Below are positions 28,926-37,945 of a stretch of 57,089 nt of DNA, one piece after another. Both the position numbers and the translations under genes were made by a program. How positions within the stretch are numbered: position 1 is the stretch's first letter; the number at the start of each line of letters is the position of its first letter. The notes under the pieces are model-generated. The model had not been told where the DNA came from, did not search any database, and saw nothing but the letters and a program-made list of their open reading frames with translations. Source of the stretch: an uncultured bacterium (GTDB taxonomy: Bacteria; Patescibacteriota; Minisyncoccia; Phycocordibacterales; CAIRYW01); contig CAIRYW010000004.1 of assembly GCA_903882905.1 (NCBI GenBank), positions 115,117 through 172,205 on the forward strand. Direction: 5' to 3'.

Positions 28926-28935
28926 TTGTAAGTCC

Positions 28936-29877
28936 TTATACAGAAAAGTTATCTAAATTATAACTCTCATCTTCTTCCTGCTTTGGAATATCTTCAATAG
29001 AAATCTTTGCCTCGTCAGGAGAAAGTTCCGCTACAATTCCATTTGCTTTGTTGTAAAAATTTTTCTGCATAAGTTCCAGAATACTTTTTAGATCTTCGCC
29101 AGAAAAGAAATCAATATGGATTTTTCCGCCATTTTCTTTTTGTTCAATTTGAACTCTTGTTCCAAGACTCTCAGTAAGCTTTTCTTCCATTTCAATTATT
29201 TCTGGATCAATTAGAAGTTCCTTCTTTCGAACTTTATCAAACGCAACACGACGAGCCAAACCTTCCGACTCACGCACAGTCATCTTCTTCATCATAATTT
29301 CCTTAAACAAATTCATCTGCTGTACTGGATGATCCGAAAGCATCAATATTGGCCTTGTGTGGCCTTCTGCAATTTTTCCTTCTTCCAAGGCCTGCAATAC
29401 TTCATCAGGCAAGAGTAAAAGGCGAATTGTGTTTGAAACATATTCCCTACTCTTGCCAACTTTTTCTGCAATTTCTGTATGCTTAAGCGCAAACTCATCA
29501 ACAAGCTGCTTGAAAGCTCTGGCTCGTTCAACAGGATTTAGATCCTCTCTTTGAAGATTTTCAATAATAGCTAATTCAAGTTTTGCCTTATTTGTATCTG
29601 TTCCTTCACGAATTAAGGCAGGAACTTCTTTTAGTCCGGCTAATTTTGAAGCACGTAAACGTCGTTCTCCAGAGATAAGTTCGTATTCAGTAAAAAGTCC
29701 ACCATCTGGTCTTTCAACTTCTCTTCTCGTTACCACAATTGGTTGCAACATTCCATACTGGCGCAAAGAAAGAGCTAAATCATTTAATCGAGCCGGATCA
29801 AATTCTTTTCTAGGCTGAAAAGGATTTGGTTTAACTTTATCTACTTCTATCCAAAAAATTGAGTTGTTGTAAAACAT
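28936..29877 (-). CDS. parB: ParB/Spo0J chromosome partitioning protein
   Basis: 313 aa. NPFQPRK, GERRLRA, and HTH region. Confidence 0.9.
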   Translation of the reverse strand: MFYNNSIFWIEVDKVKPNPFQPRKEFDPARLNDLALSLRQYGMLQPIVVTRREVERPDGGLFTEYELISGERRLRASKLAGLKEVPALIREGTDTNKAKLELAIIENLQREDLNPVERARAFKQLVDEFALKHTEIAEKVGKSREYVSNTIRLLLLPDEVLQALEEGKIAEGHTRPILMLSDHPVQQMNLFKEIMMKKMTVRESEGLARRVAFDKVRKKELLIDPEIIEMEEKLTESLGTRVQIEQKENGGKIHIDFFSGEDLKSILELMQKNFYNKANGIVAELSPDEAKISIEDIPKQEEDESYNLDNFSV

Positions 29878-29957
29878 GAAAAGATTTTATCAGAAAACTG
29901 GGAAAATAGAAATTGAAATTTATCGATTTATATAGTAATCTTCGTTCGTAAGTATTT

Positions 29958-30044
29958 GCCCAGGTGGCGGAATTGGTAGACGCAATAGACTCAAAATCTA
30001 TCGATCGCAAGGTCATGGGAGTTCGATTCTCCCCTTGGGCACCA
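29958..30044 (+). tRNA. tRNA-Leu (anticodon CAA), CCA encoded
   Basis: Hand-folded. Acceptor gcccagg/cttgggc, anticodon arm ataga-ctCAAaa-tctat, long variable arm, T-arm gggag-ttcgatt-ctccc, ending ACCA. Confidence 0.9.
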
Positions 30045-30180
30045 TAATAAAAAGCTGGTATATTAATACCAGCTTTTTATTATGGTTTCGGGAGAATCGA
30101 AAGACGGAGCACGACTGGCGCGAGTCGGGGTCGCAGAAATTTTCAGCAGAAAATTATCTGTGACCGATTCCCTCCTGGAC
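30041..30180 (+). ncRNA. tRNA-3'-linked structured element, A-type (hairpin + three-way-junction domain)
   Basis: Hairpin 30041-30086. Then gggagaatcgaa / core AGACGGAGCACGACTGGCGCGAGTCGGGGTCGCAG / AT hairpin / CTGTGAC / cgattccc(tcctggac). The core is shared with 3 other copies, with compensatory changes. Confidence 0.5.
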
Positions 30181-30211
30181 TTATGACTCTATTTATATTT
30201 ATATAGTAATA

Positions 30212-31033
30212 ATGAAACCAAAAATTATAGTAATCTGTGGCCCAACAGCTACAGGTAAAAGTGATTACGCCGTAAAACTAGCCAAGAAAATTGGTGGTGA
30301 AATTATTTCCGCAGACTCAAGACAAGTCTACAAAGGTATGGATATTGGAAGTGGAAAAATTACTAAAAAGGAGATGAAAAATGTTCCTCATCATTTACTT
30401 GATGTCGTCTCTCCAAAAACTAGATACACAGTTGCGCAATTTAAGATCGCAGCCGACAAAATAATTGAAGATATTTTAAAAAGAAAAAAAGTACCAATTC
30501 TCTGTGGTGGAACTGGATTTTATATCGATGCTGTTGTAAAAAATATTACCTTTCCTGAAGTCAAACCAAATCAGAAATTAAGAAATGATTTAGAGAAAAA
30601 AAGTTTACTACAACTTATAAAAATGCTGGAAAAATTAGATCCAGAGAGATTAAAAACAATTGATATAGATAATAAAGTCCGTTTAATTCGAGCAATTGAA
30701 ATTGTAAAAGCTTTGGGTAAAGTCCCTAAATTAATATCAAAACCTAAATATAACGCAAAAATAATCTATCTAGATTTTAAAAATGAAATTCTCAAGAAAA
30801 GAATTCATACTCGCCTACTTAAACGCATAAGACAAGGAATGATTAATGAAGTAGAAAATTTACATAAAAATAGAGTTACATGGAAAAGACTTTTTGAATT
30901 TGGGCTTGAATATAGATATGTTTCCTTGTTCCTTCAAAAGAAAATAACAAAGGAAAAAATGATTTTGGAACTAGAAACAGCAATTTGGCACTTTGTAAGA
31001 AGGCAAAGGATGTGGTTTAAGAGGTATAAATAA
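30212..31033 (+). CDS. miaA: tRNA dimethylallyltransferase
   Basis: 273 aa. P-loop GPTATGKS, DSRQVYKGMDIGSGK. Confidence 0.9.
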   Translation: MKPKIIVICGPTATGKSDYAVKLAKKIGGEIISADSRQVYKGMDIGSGKITKKEMKNVPHHLLDVVSPKTRYTVAQFKIAADKIIEDILKRKKVPILCGGTGFYIDAVVKNITFPEVKPNQKLRNDLEKKSLLQLIKMLEKLDPERLKTIDIDNKVRLIRAIEIVKALGKVPKLISKPKYNAKIIYLDFKNEILKKRIHTRLLKRIRQGMINEVENLHKNRVTWKRLFEFGLEYRYVSLFLQKKITKEKMILELETAIWHFVRRQRMWFKRYK

Positions 31034-31034
31034 T

Positions 31035-31109
31035 TGGCGGGCTCGCCGCGACTCGAACGCGGAACCTTCCTTTTGGAGAGGAATGTTTTACCATTGAAAC
31101 TACAAGCCC
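31035..31109 (-). tRNA. tRNA-Trp (anticodon CCA), CCA encoded
   Basis: rc folds as acceptor gggcttg/cgagccc, anticodon arm ttcct-ctCCAaa-aggaa, T-arm ccgcg-ttcgagt-cgcgg. The 3' end lies 1 nt from the miaA stop. Confidence 0.9.
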
Positions 31110-31756
31110 TTTTTAAACAACGATTTAGCTACTGCTAAAAGTTTTTTTGAATATTCACTTTTATAGTATCTTACTCTAACACAACCTCGGTACCCAGCTT
31201 TCGAATATAAACCTTTATTTTTTTTATGAAAGGTTTTATGAAATTGGGATGCAGGTATTCTAAGTGTCTTTGACCAAAATTTCAACTCGTCAACCTCATT
31301 ATGATAAGAATGCAAATGCATACTGGCTCTCCATCCACTATCATCCAAATTAAAAATTTTCTTACATCCTTCAACAAAATAACTAAGAAGTCCTGGATCA
31401 GAATTTGTAAAAGAGATACCAGACATTTCATCCTTCGCTCCTTCGCAATAATAAATTAATGCAATTGCTAATAGTAAAGATTCATTTGAAAATTTATAGT
31501 CTTTGACAAGATTATCAGCAAATAAATTAGTTTCTGTTCTACGTTTTTCTCTTAATTTCGCCATTACCAACCTTCCTTTTTCAAGACCCTTTTTACCTTT
31601 TATTTTCAATAAAAATTTAGCGTCAAAATCTAATTCAACATTCCTAACCCAAAGTGAAGCAGTGCTTTTTGCAATATTTAAACTTTTACTTATTTCTAAA
31701 AGTGATAAACCTTCCGTTCTTAGCTTAATTGCCTTTTGCTTTAAATCAGGCTTCAT
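31100..31756 (-). CDS. HTH protein with possible LAGLIDADG-like endonuclease-type C-terminal domain
   Basis: 218 aa. N-terminal HTH (LSLLEISKSLNIAKSTASLWV). LAIALIYYCEGAKD weakly resembles a LAGLIDADG block. The last 3 codons overlap the 5' end of tRNA-Trp. Confidence 0.35.
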   Translation of the reverse strand: MKPDLKQKAIKLRTEGLSLLEISKSLNIAKSTASLWVRNVELDFDAKFLLKIKGKKGLEKGRLVMAKLREKRRTETNLFADNLVKDYKFSNESLLLAIALIYYCEGAKDEMSGISFTNSDPGLLSYFVEGCKKIFNLDDSGWRASMHLHSYHNEVDELKFWSKTLRIPASQFHKTFHKKNKGLYSKAGYRGCVRVRYYKSEYSKKLLAVAKSLFKKGL

Positions 31757-31837
31757 AACCTATATTATATCATATAGTATTTATCAAAAAAACTAACCCT
31801 TTCGGGCTAGTTTTTAACTTTAAATTTTAGGAAAGAA

Positions 31838-31993
31838 TTATTTCTTAGCTTCCTTGAAGACAACATGCTTTCTAAGCTTTGCAGAATACTTCTTAAGCTC
31901 AACTTTTCTAGTAACAAGCTTCTTATTCTTGCGTGTCCAGTAAGTCTCGCCTGTTCCCTTGTTCTTTAATTGTATTAAACTGTCTTGTGACAT
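31838..31993 (-). CDS. rpmG: 50S ribosomal protein L33
   Basis: Below the ORF-track size cutoff. My translation is MSQDSLIQLKNKGTGETYWTRKNKKLVTRKVELKKYSAKLRKHVVFKEAKK (51 aa), a typical L33. Confidence 0.85.
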   Translation of the reverse strand: MSQDSLIQLKNKGTGETYWTRKNKKLVTRKVELKKYSAKLRKHVVFKEAKK

Positions 31994-32080
31994 AGTTCGG
32001 ATATACTAACATATTGGCTTTTTAAAGGCAAAAGCGTAGCATTTATTCCCAAAATATGTTATTTTTTTGTAAGTATTTTT

Positions 32081-32166
32081 GCGCCGATCGCATAGTGGCA
32101 ATTGCAGCGGGCTGTAAACTCGCCGACCTATGGTCTACGGGGGTTCGAGTCCCTCTCGGCGCACCA
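32081..32166 (+). tRNA. tRNA-Tyr (anticodon GTA), long variable arm, CCA encoded
   Basis: Acceptor gcgccga/tcggcgc, anticodon arm gcggg-ctGTAaa-ctcgc, T-arm ggggg-ttcgagt-ccctc, ACCA. Confidence 0.88.
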
Positions 32167-32342
32167 ATAAAAAATACCGGATTCAGTCCGGTATTTTTTA
32201 TTGCCTGTGCTGTTCGAGAGGGACACGAAAGCCGGAGTGCGACGGCGCGAGGCGGGATCGCGAGATTTTTCAACAGAAAAATACTTGTGACCGAGTCCCT
32301 TAAAAAGGTACTGACCCTGTAAGGGTCGAGATTCCATCTCAG
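32165..32342 (+). ncRNA. tRNA-3'-linked structured element, A-type + B-type domains
   Basis: Hairpin 32165-32203. cgagagggacacgaa (rc of the tRNA-Tyr T-arm). A core AGCCGGAGTGCGACGGCGCGAGGCGGGATCGCGAG...CTTGTGAC-cgagtccct. B part cctt-aaa-aagg GTACTGA ccc-tgtaa-ggg tcgagattccatctc. Confidence 0.5.
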
Positions 32343-32421
32343 AAAATATTTACGGTTAACTTAGTTATAGAGTAGCTTTTACAAACTTGTTTAATGTAAA
32401 AGATAGAGTTTTTAAATACTT

Positions 32422-32973
32422 TTAAACATTTCGAATTAAACGCAAAGGTGCTTTCCTTAAAGGATCTGCTACAAAAGATTTTTGCACTTCTCTTACGCTA
32501 AAAAAACTTCCTGTACCATTGCCATTTGAATCAATGCCCCCGTCATTTTGCAACCAATAATAATCATGCTCTAAGCCATGTTTTTTTTTAATATCTTGAA
32601 TAATTTGTTCTAATAACTCTTTCGGTAAACAAGCTTTTTCTGCAACTTTATATGCTTTAAAAACTTCTAACCAATCATATTCGCTTGGAAATCTCCAACG
32701 ATTCTCGCCTGTACCCATACGCTCATTTAAATCATTCTTCTTTAGTATTGCTCCATACCAATCTTCCTTCCCTAATTCATGTCCAAACTCAAATGATAAT
32801 TTATCTAATTTAATTTCTCTGGCTTCTTGATATTCTTCTGTTTCTTGTTTTGCAGCTAAATATCCTTGTGCTTTTGATTTTGCAATTTCAGGATTTTTTT
32901 GGTCAGAATTTCTAATCTTTTTTAATTTATCTGCTAAATCATCTCGATATTCTTGATGTGGTTGTTTTTCCAT
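32422..32973 (-). CDS. Hypothetical protein with DUF1566/Lcl-C-terminal-like domain
   Basis: 183 aa. WRFPSEYDWLEVF...YYWLQNDG...APLRLIRN resembles the DUF1566 pattern (W-R-L-P...YWSS...VR-VR). Confidence 0.4.
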   Translation of the reverse strand: MEKQPHQEYRDDLADKLKKIRNSDQKNPEIAKSKAQGYLAAKQETEEYQEAREIKLDKLSFEFGHELGKEDWYGAILKKNDLNERMGTGENRWRFPSEYDWLEVFKAYKVAEKACLPKELLEQIIQDIKKKHGLEHDYYWLQNDGGIDSNGNGTGSFFSVREVQKSFVADPLRKAPLRLIRNV

Positions 32974-33073
32974 AATGTCTACATTGTATCAAAACTACCT
33001 AACCCTTGACAACACTACATCTAAAGTTCCAACGTTAAAACATATAGGGAAGTCCTTCCTCATTTTTTTTATC

Positions 33074-35767
33074 TTACTTCTTCACAACCTCTGAATTAGT
33101 TATTCCAGAAATTATATCTTGTCCGATAATCGCGCCTCTCTTTCCCTTCTTAACTTCAAAAAATAGTTCACCATCTTTAATGCTAACAAATATTTCGCCG
33201 CCCTTAAGAACTCCTTTGCTAATAATTAAATTCGCAACAGGATTAAGAATTTTATTTTGAATCAATCTCTTTAAAGGTCGTGCACCGTATTGTGGGTTGT
33301 AACCTTCTTTTGCCAGATAATCATAAGTTTCTGAAGAAATTGAAAGTTCAATTTCTTTTGTAAGTAATCTTTCACGCACAAGTCCTACTTGTATATCAAC
33401 AATCTTTCTAATATTTTCTTTAGACAAAATATCAAAAATAATAATATCGTCTAAACGGTTAAGAAATTCCGGCCTGAAGTATTCTCGAAGTGAATCTGTG
33501 ATTTTTGATTTTGCATTGTTGTAATCTTCTGTTTCTCCGCTCTCAGCATGGAATCCCATTTTTTGCATTCGATCAATATATTGAGCACCAATATTTGAAG
33601 TAAGAATAATGACGGTGTTTTTAAAATTCACCAATCTTCCCTTCGCATCAGTTAATCTTCCGTTATCTAGCACCTGAAGCAAAATGTTAAATACTTCTGG
33701 ATGAGCTTTTTCAATTTCATCAAAAAGTACAACTGAATATGGTCTGTGTCGAACTTGTTCTGTAAGTTGTCCACCTTCTTCATATCCAACATAACCTGCA
33801 GGAGCGCCAATAATTTTTGAAACTGAATGCTTTTCCATATATTCAGACATATCAACACGAATAAGGGCTTTTTCGTCGTCAAAAAGAAATTCTGCCAAAG
33901 CTTTGGTTAACTCCGTTTTTCCAACTCCCGTTGGACCAAGTAGTAAAAATGAGCCAATGGGACGATTTGGGTCGGCTACACCTGCTCTACTTCTTTTAAT
34001 TGTGTCAGAAATTTTTTGGACAGCTTCATCTTGTCCAACAACTCGTTTTGTTAGCTCTTCCTCCATCCTTACAAGTTTTGTAGCTTCGCCCTCAAGCATT
34101 CTCATAGCAGGAACTCCTGTCCACCTTGAAACAACTCCAGCGACTTCATTTTCTCCAACCTCTTCTTTAAGAATTCTTCTTGTGGACTGAAGTTTTTTTA
34201 ATTTTTTTGCTTTTATTTCAAGTTCTTTTTGTGCTGCTGGAATTTTGCCGTATCTGATTTCTGCGGCTTTTGAAAGATCGGCACGAGAAACAGCTTGATC
34301 TGATTCAATTTTGAATTCTTCGAGATTTTTCTTGAGAGTCTTTATTTCTGTAAGAATTTCTTTTTCGTTTTTCCAACGAAGCTCAACTTCATGTGTTTGT
34401 TCCTTCAGATCGGCAACTTCTTTTTCAATTTCTTTGATTCGAGTTTTATTACGCTTGGTTTCTTTTTCATTTTTTAATGCTTCTCTTTCAATTTCCAGGC
34501 GCATAATTTTTCGATGTGCATCATCAAGCACCTGTGGTTTATTCTCAAGAGAAATTTTTAATTCAGATGCAGCTTCATCAATGAGGTCAACAGCTTTATC
34601 AGGCAAAAATCTTTCAGTAATATATCTTGAAGAAAGACTTACAGCTGAAACAATTGCTTCATCAGTAATTCTAACTCCGTGGTAAAGTTCGTATTTATCT
34701 TTTAGTCCACGAAGAATAGCTACGGCATCTTCTACTGACGGCTCAGAAACATACACCGGCTGAAATCGCCTTGTTAAAGCTGGATCTTTTTCAATATGTT
34801 TTTGGTATTCACGAAGCGTTGTGGCACCAATCGCTTTAAGTTCTCCGCGAGAAAGTGCAGGCTTCAACATATTTGAAGCGTCAAGCGAACCTTCGGCGGC
34901 GCCTGCTCCAACGATTGTATGAATCTCATCAATAAAAAGAATTATCCTTCCTTCAGAACGCTCAATATCTTTTATTATATTTTTTAATCTTTCTTCAAAT
35001 TCTCCTCTGTATTTTGTTCCAGCTACAAGAGAACCTAAATCGAGTGAAACGAGTTCTTTATCTTTTAAAGATTCTGGAACATCTCCGTTTGCAATTCTTC
35101 CGGCCAATCCTTCGATGATTGCAGTTTTTCCAACTCCAGCCTCACCAATTAAAATAGGATTATTTTTTGTGCGTCTCGAAAGAATTTGAATTACTCTTGC
35201 GATTTCATTATCGCGTCCAATTACTGGATCAAGCTTATTTTCAAGTGCAAGTTTTGTTAAGTTTCTTGTGTATTTTGAAATAGCTTTTAATTTTTTTGGA
35301 TTATGGCTCTCAATTCCTTTTCCTTGTCTGATTTCTTCAACAATTTTTAAGACTGCAACTTTTGTAATCTTAAATTTTGTAAGCATGTCATTAGCTGCAT
35401 TGTTTCCTTCGCACATTGCAAGAAAAAGATGTTCGGTCGAAATAAATTCATCTTTAAGTGAAGCCGCAACTTTTGCAGCGTTTTCAATAATCTGTGCAAG
35501 TTCTGGAGTAAGATAAATCTGATACGAAGATGAAAGAACCTGAGAAGATTCAGGGCTCTCGATTGAATCCAAAAGTGAATCAGTTAAAAGAGCAACATCT
35601 ACCTCAAGTTTCTCCAATATTAATGAGACAGAATTATCGTCTTGGAGAAGCAAGGCAGCTAAAAGGTGGAGTGGTCCAACGTGGTTTTGGGCACGCTCAA
35701 TAGCCAATTCGTGGGCTTTTTTAATGGTTTCTTTTGCTTTTGTTGTGAAATTTCCGAATGGTGGCAT
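33074..35767 (-). CDS. clpB: Chaperone ClpB
   Basis: 897 aa. Clp-N repeats, D1 [17 protein letters not shown], long middle coiled coil, D2 [26 protein letters not shown]. Confidence 0.95.
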   Translation of the reverse strand: MPPFGNFTTKAKETIKKAHELAIERAQNHVGPLHLLAALLLQDDNSVSLILEKLEVDVALLTDSLLDSIESPESSQVLSSSYQIYLTPELAQIIENAAKVAASLKDEFISTEHLFLAMCEGNNAANDMLTKFKITKVAVLKIVEEIRQGKGIESHNPKKLKAISKYTRNLTKLALENKLDPVIGRDNEIARVIQILSRRTKNNPILIGEAGVGKTAIIEGLAGRIANGDVPESLKDKELVSLDLGSLVAGTKYRGEFEERLKNIIKDIERSEGRIILFIDEIHTIVGAGAAEGSLDASNMLKPALSRGELKAIGATTLREYQKHIEKDPALTRRFQPVYVSEPSVEDAVAILRGLKDKYELYHGVRITDEAIVSAVSLSSRYITERFLPDKAVDLIDEAASELKISLENKPQVLDDAHRKIMRLEIEREALKNEKETKRNKTRIKEIEKEVADLKEQTHEVELRWKNEKEILTEIKTLKKNLEEFKIESDQAVSRADLSKAAEIRYGKIPAAQKELEIKAKKLKKLQSTRRILKEEVGENEVAGVVSRWTGVPAMRMLEGEATKLVRMEEELTKRVVGQDEAVQKISDTIKRSRAGVADPNRPIGSFLLLGPTGVGKTELTKALAEFLFDDEKALIRVDMSEYMEKHSVSKIIGAPAGYVGYEEGGQLTEQVRHRPYSVVLFDEIEKAHPEVFNILLQVLDNGRLTDAKGRLVNFKNTVIILTSNIGAQYIDRMQKMGFHAESGETEDYNNAKSKITDSLREYFRPEFLNRLDDIIIFDILSKENIRKIVDIQVGLVRERLLTKEIELSISSETYDYLAKEGYNPQYGARPLKRLIQNKILNPVANLIISKGVLKGGEIFVSIKDGELFFEVKKGKRGAIIGQDIISGITNSEVVKK

Positions 35768-35850
35768 ATATGTTGATTTATCTTATTATTCCTATTATAT
35801 AACAAAACTCCTTACTCTTATATACGAAGAGACGAGGCCAAAAGTTCTAT

Positions 35851-36666
35851 CTATTTGACGAGACTTACTACTCCATCTGCGCCTATAAAAGACCCTTCAT
35901 CAACACCAACCGTTGTCGCAGAAGGAGCGTAGAAACCAATCAAATTTGCATTTGTATCAAGTAAAATTAATGACGCAGTAGAATTTGTCGGCTTAAAATC
36001 AGTAGTAAGTGCTAAAGTTTTTACACCATTTATCAAGACTGGGGAAATTTGTTTAATAATGCCAGTCGAGACAACGTTACCTGATTCATCTCCTCCAATA
36101 GCAATGACGTTAAAGCCAATTTTTAATTTCGCTGAAGGAATAATTTTTATTGTTTGAATAGTCTTGGCAGCTTTATCATCTGTCAATTTATAAAGAGCCA
36201 GTCCTGTTCCCAATTCTTTTACATAATTAATTTGATATTGCTTTTGATCTGACAAAACTGTCACATAATTGTAGGTCGCTGAAGTATCGGTTGCATCAGC
36301 TGCAATTATATTATTCCCAGAAACCATAACACCAAGTGTTGTAAATTCTGGTGTTGTTGTACCTGCAATTGTCCTATATATTCTTATCAAACTTCCACTA
36401 GTTTTATCCGCAATATCAGAAATACTTAAAGCTTGTGGTTGTTGATTTGAAGTATCTTGAGTTATATCTGGAATAATTTTTCTAACAGGAGAATCAGATG
36501 CAACTTGAGAAATAGTTTTTTCTATAACCCTATACGCTATTTGTTGAACACCAGGATTTGTAGAATTATCAGCCAAGGAAAAAATAGTTATACCAGTTGC
36601 AACGGCTGTTGCAAAGCTTACGAGAAGCGCCAAGAGAATTACTTGCTGTTTAGTTAGATGATCCAT
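35851..36666 (-). CDS. Membrane-anchored trypsin-fold (HtrA-like) domain protein, catalytic serine motif not evident
   Basis: 271 aa with an N-terminal TM. The layout GSLIRIY...VIAIGGDESGNVVSTGIIKQIS...LILLDTNANLIGF parallels HtrA blocks, but there is no GNSGG-type motif. Confidence 0.4.
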   Translation of the reverse strand: MDHLTKQQVILLALLVSFATAVATGITIFSLADNSTNPGVQQIAYRVIEKTISQVASDSPVRKIIPDITQDTSNQQPQALSISDIADKTSGSLIRIYRTIAGTTTPEFTTLGVMVSGNNIIAADATDTSATYNYVTVLSDQKQYQINYVKELGTGLALYKLTDDKAAKTIQTIKIIPSAKLKIGFNVIAIGGDESGNVVSTGIIKQISPVLINGVKTLALTTDFKPTNSTASLILLDTNANLIGFYAPSATTVGVDEGSFIGADGVVSLVK

Positions 36667-37852
36667 AATTTAATTGATTCAATAATATAACAGAAAGCGC
36701 CTTCAGGCAAAAATCAATATCTCCTTTTGTTGTACTCCTTCCAAACGAAAAACGAAGTGTTGAATTTTTTTTGTAAATATCTCCAGTTGTTCTATTAATC
36801 GCATCAATTACGTACGAACCTTTTTCTTCATTGATACTATTCAATGTTAGGCATGCACTAGCTGAAGCACACATAATTCCCTCTTTATCTAATTGAAAGA
36901 CTGCAAATTCTGAATCTAAGCCTTTAATCGAAACACTTGAGATACCAGGAATTCTTAACACATTTTTTGCATTTATTTCAGAACCTTTTATTTGTGCAAT
37001 AATTTTATTTTCAAAATAATCTCTAATTTTTGCTAGTCTGATTGATTCTTTGTTGCGAATTTTTACTGACTCTTCTAATGCGACAGAAAAACCAACGATA
37101 GCAGGCAAGTTTTCTGTTCCAGCTCTTAAACCTTTTTCTTGTCCGCCTCCTAAAGTTACTGGAGAAATTTCTAATTTTGATTTCTTAAATAACACTCCAG
37201 CTTTTGGTCCATAAAATTTTGAGGAATCGAGAGTCAAAAGATCAATGCCGAGAGTAACAACATCAATATCTAAAAAACCAGGTGCCTGACTAGCATCGGT
37301 ATGAAAATAAGGAAACTCAGATTGAAATATTTTTCTTGCGTGTCTAATTTCTTTTGCAATTTCTTTGATCGGTTCGATAACCCCTATCTCATTATTAGCA
37401 AGCATAACTGAAACAAAAACAGTTTCCTTGCGAATTTTTTTTCTGATTTCTTTTGCACTTATTACTCCATTTTGGTCTGGAATAATTTCTTCTACATCAA
37501 AGCCCCAATTTCGAAGCGATCGTGCTGGCTCAAGAACTGATGAATGCTCAATAGCAGAAATTAAGATATGTGGTTTATTAATTTTATTTTTGACTATTTT
37601 TGAAATCCCAAAAATTGCTAAATTATTTGCTTCCGTACCTGAAGAAGTAAAAATTATTTCATCTTTTCTTGCATTAATTAATTTTGCAACTTTAATGCGA
37701 CTTTCTTCCAAAATCTTCTGAGCTTTTTTTCCAGATTCATATAATGAGGCAGGATTATAAAAAACATCCATTGTTTTTAGGACAGCTAATTTCACCCTAG
37801 GCGATATCGGAGTCCCTGACGCAAAATCCATATATACTTTTCGGTTTTTCAT
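36650..37852 (-). CDS. Cysteine desulfurase (class V aminotransferase, NifS/IscS-like)
   Basis: 400 aa. FTSSGTEANN, PLP-Lys region DSSKFYGPK, active-site loop ASASAC. Confidence 0.85.
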   Translation of the reverse strand: MKNRKVYMDFASGTPISPRVKLAVLKTMDVFYNPASLYESGKKAQKILEESRIKVAKLINARKDEIIFTSSGTEANNLAIFGISKIVKNKINKPHILISAIEHSSVLEPARSLRNWGFDVEEIIPDQNGVISAKEIRKKIRKETVFVSVMLANNEIGVIEPIKEIAKEIRHARKIFQSEFPYFHTDASQAPGFLDIDVVTLGIDLLTLDSSKFYGPKAGVLFKKSKLEISPVTLGGGQEKGLRAGTENLPAIVGFSVALEESVKIRNKESIRLAKIRDYFENKIIAQIKGSEINAKNVLRIPGISSVSIKGLDSEFAVFQLDKEGIMCASASACLTLNSINEEKGSYVIDAINRTTGDIYKKNSTLRFSFGRSTTKGDIDFCLKALSVILLNQLNYGSSN

Positions 37853-37945
37853 TGTTTGGTGATAATAGCAAAATATTCATATTTTATAAAGTAAATTTTG
37901 CCTTTCGAGTTTTGAATTTTGGCATTTTAAGGTATAATCGCCCTT

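Noticed and set aside
32236-32250. Group II intron 5' end (GTGCGAC) or domain-V-like hairpin in the A-type core.
   Set aside because: The other copies read GCGCG or GCACG at this position. The element is only about 100 nt, and there is no 34-nt domain V with an AGC triad or GNRA loop.
32305-32335. Hammerhead or other small self-cleaving ribozyme in the B-type domain (CTGA...hairpin...CGAG).
   Set aside because: The hammerhead core needs CUGAnGA and GAAA around stem II. Here the joint is GTACTGA directly abutting the hairpin, with TCGAG after it. No twister, pistol or hatchet signatures were recognised either.
32043-32337. ORFs 32043..32273-, 32056..32322+ and 32128..32337- around tRNA-Tyr.
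   Set aside because: They translate the tRNA gene and the structured element. The same applies to 12359..12568-, 39854..40066+, 44632..45165-, 44940..45146-, 46327..46605-, 46904..47146-, 46986..47189+ and 47018..47218+. The shared peptide ...FFNVDRWAGFQN merely reflects the repeated R1/R2 DNA.
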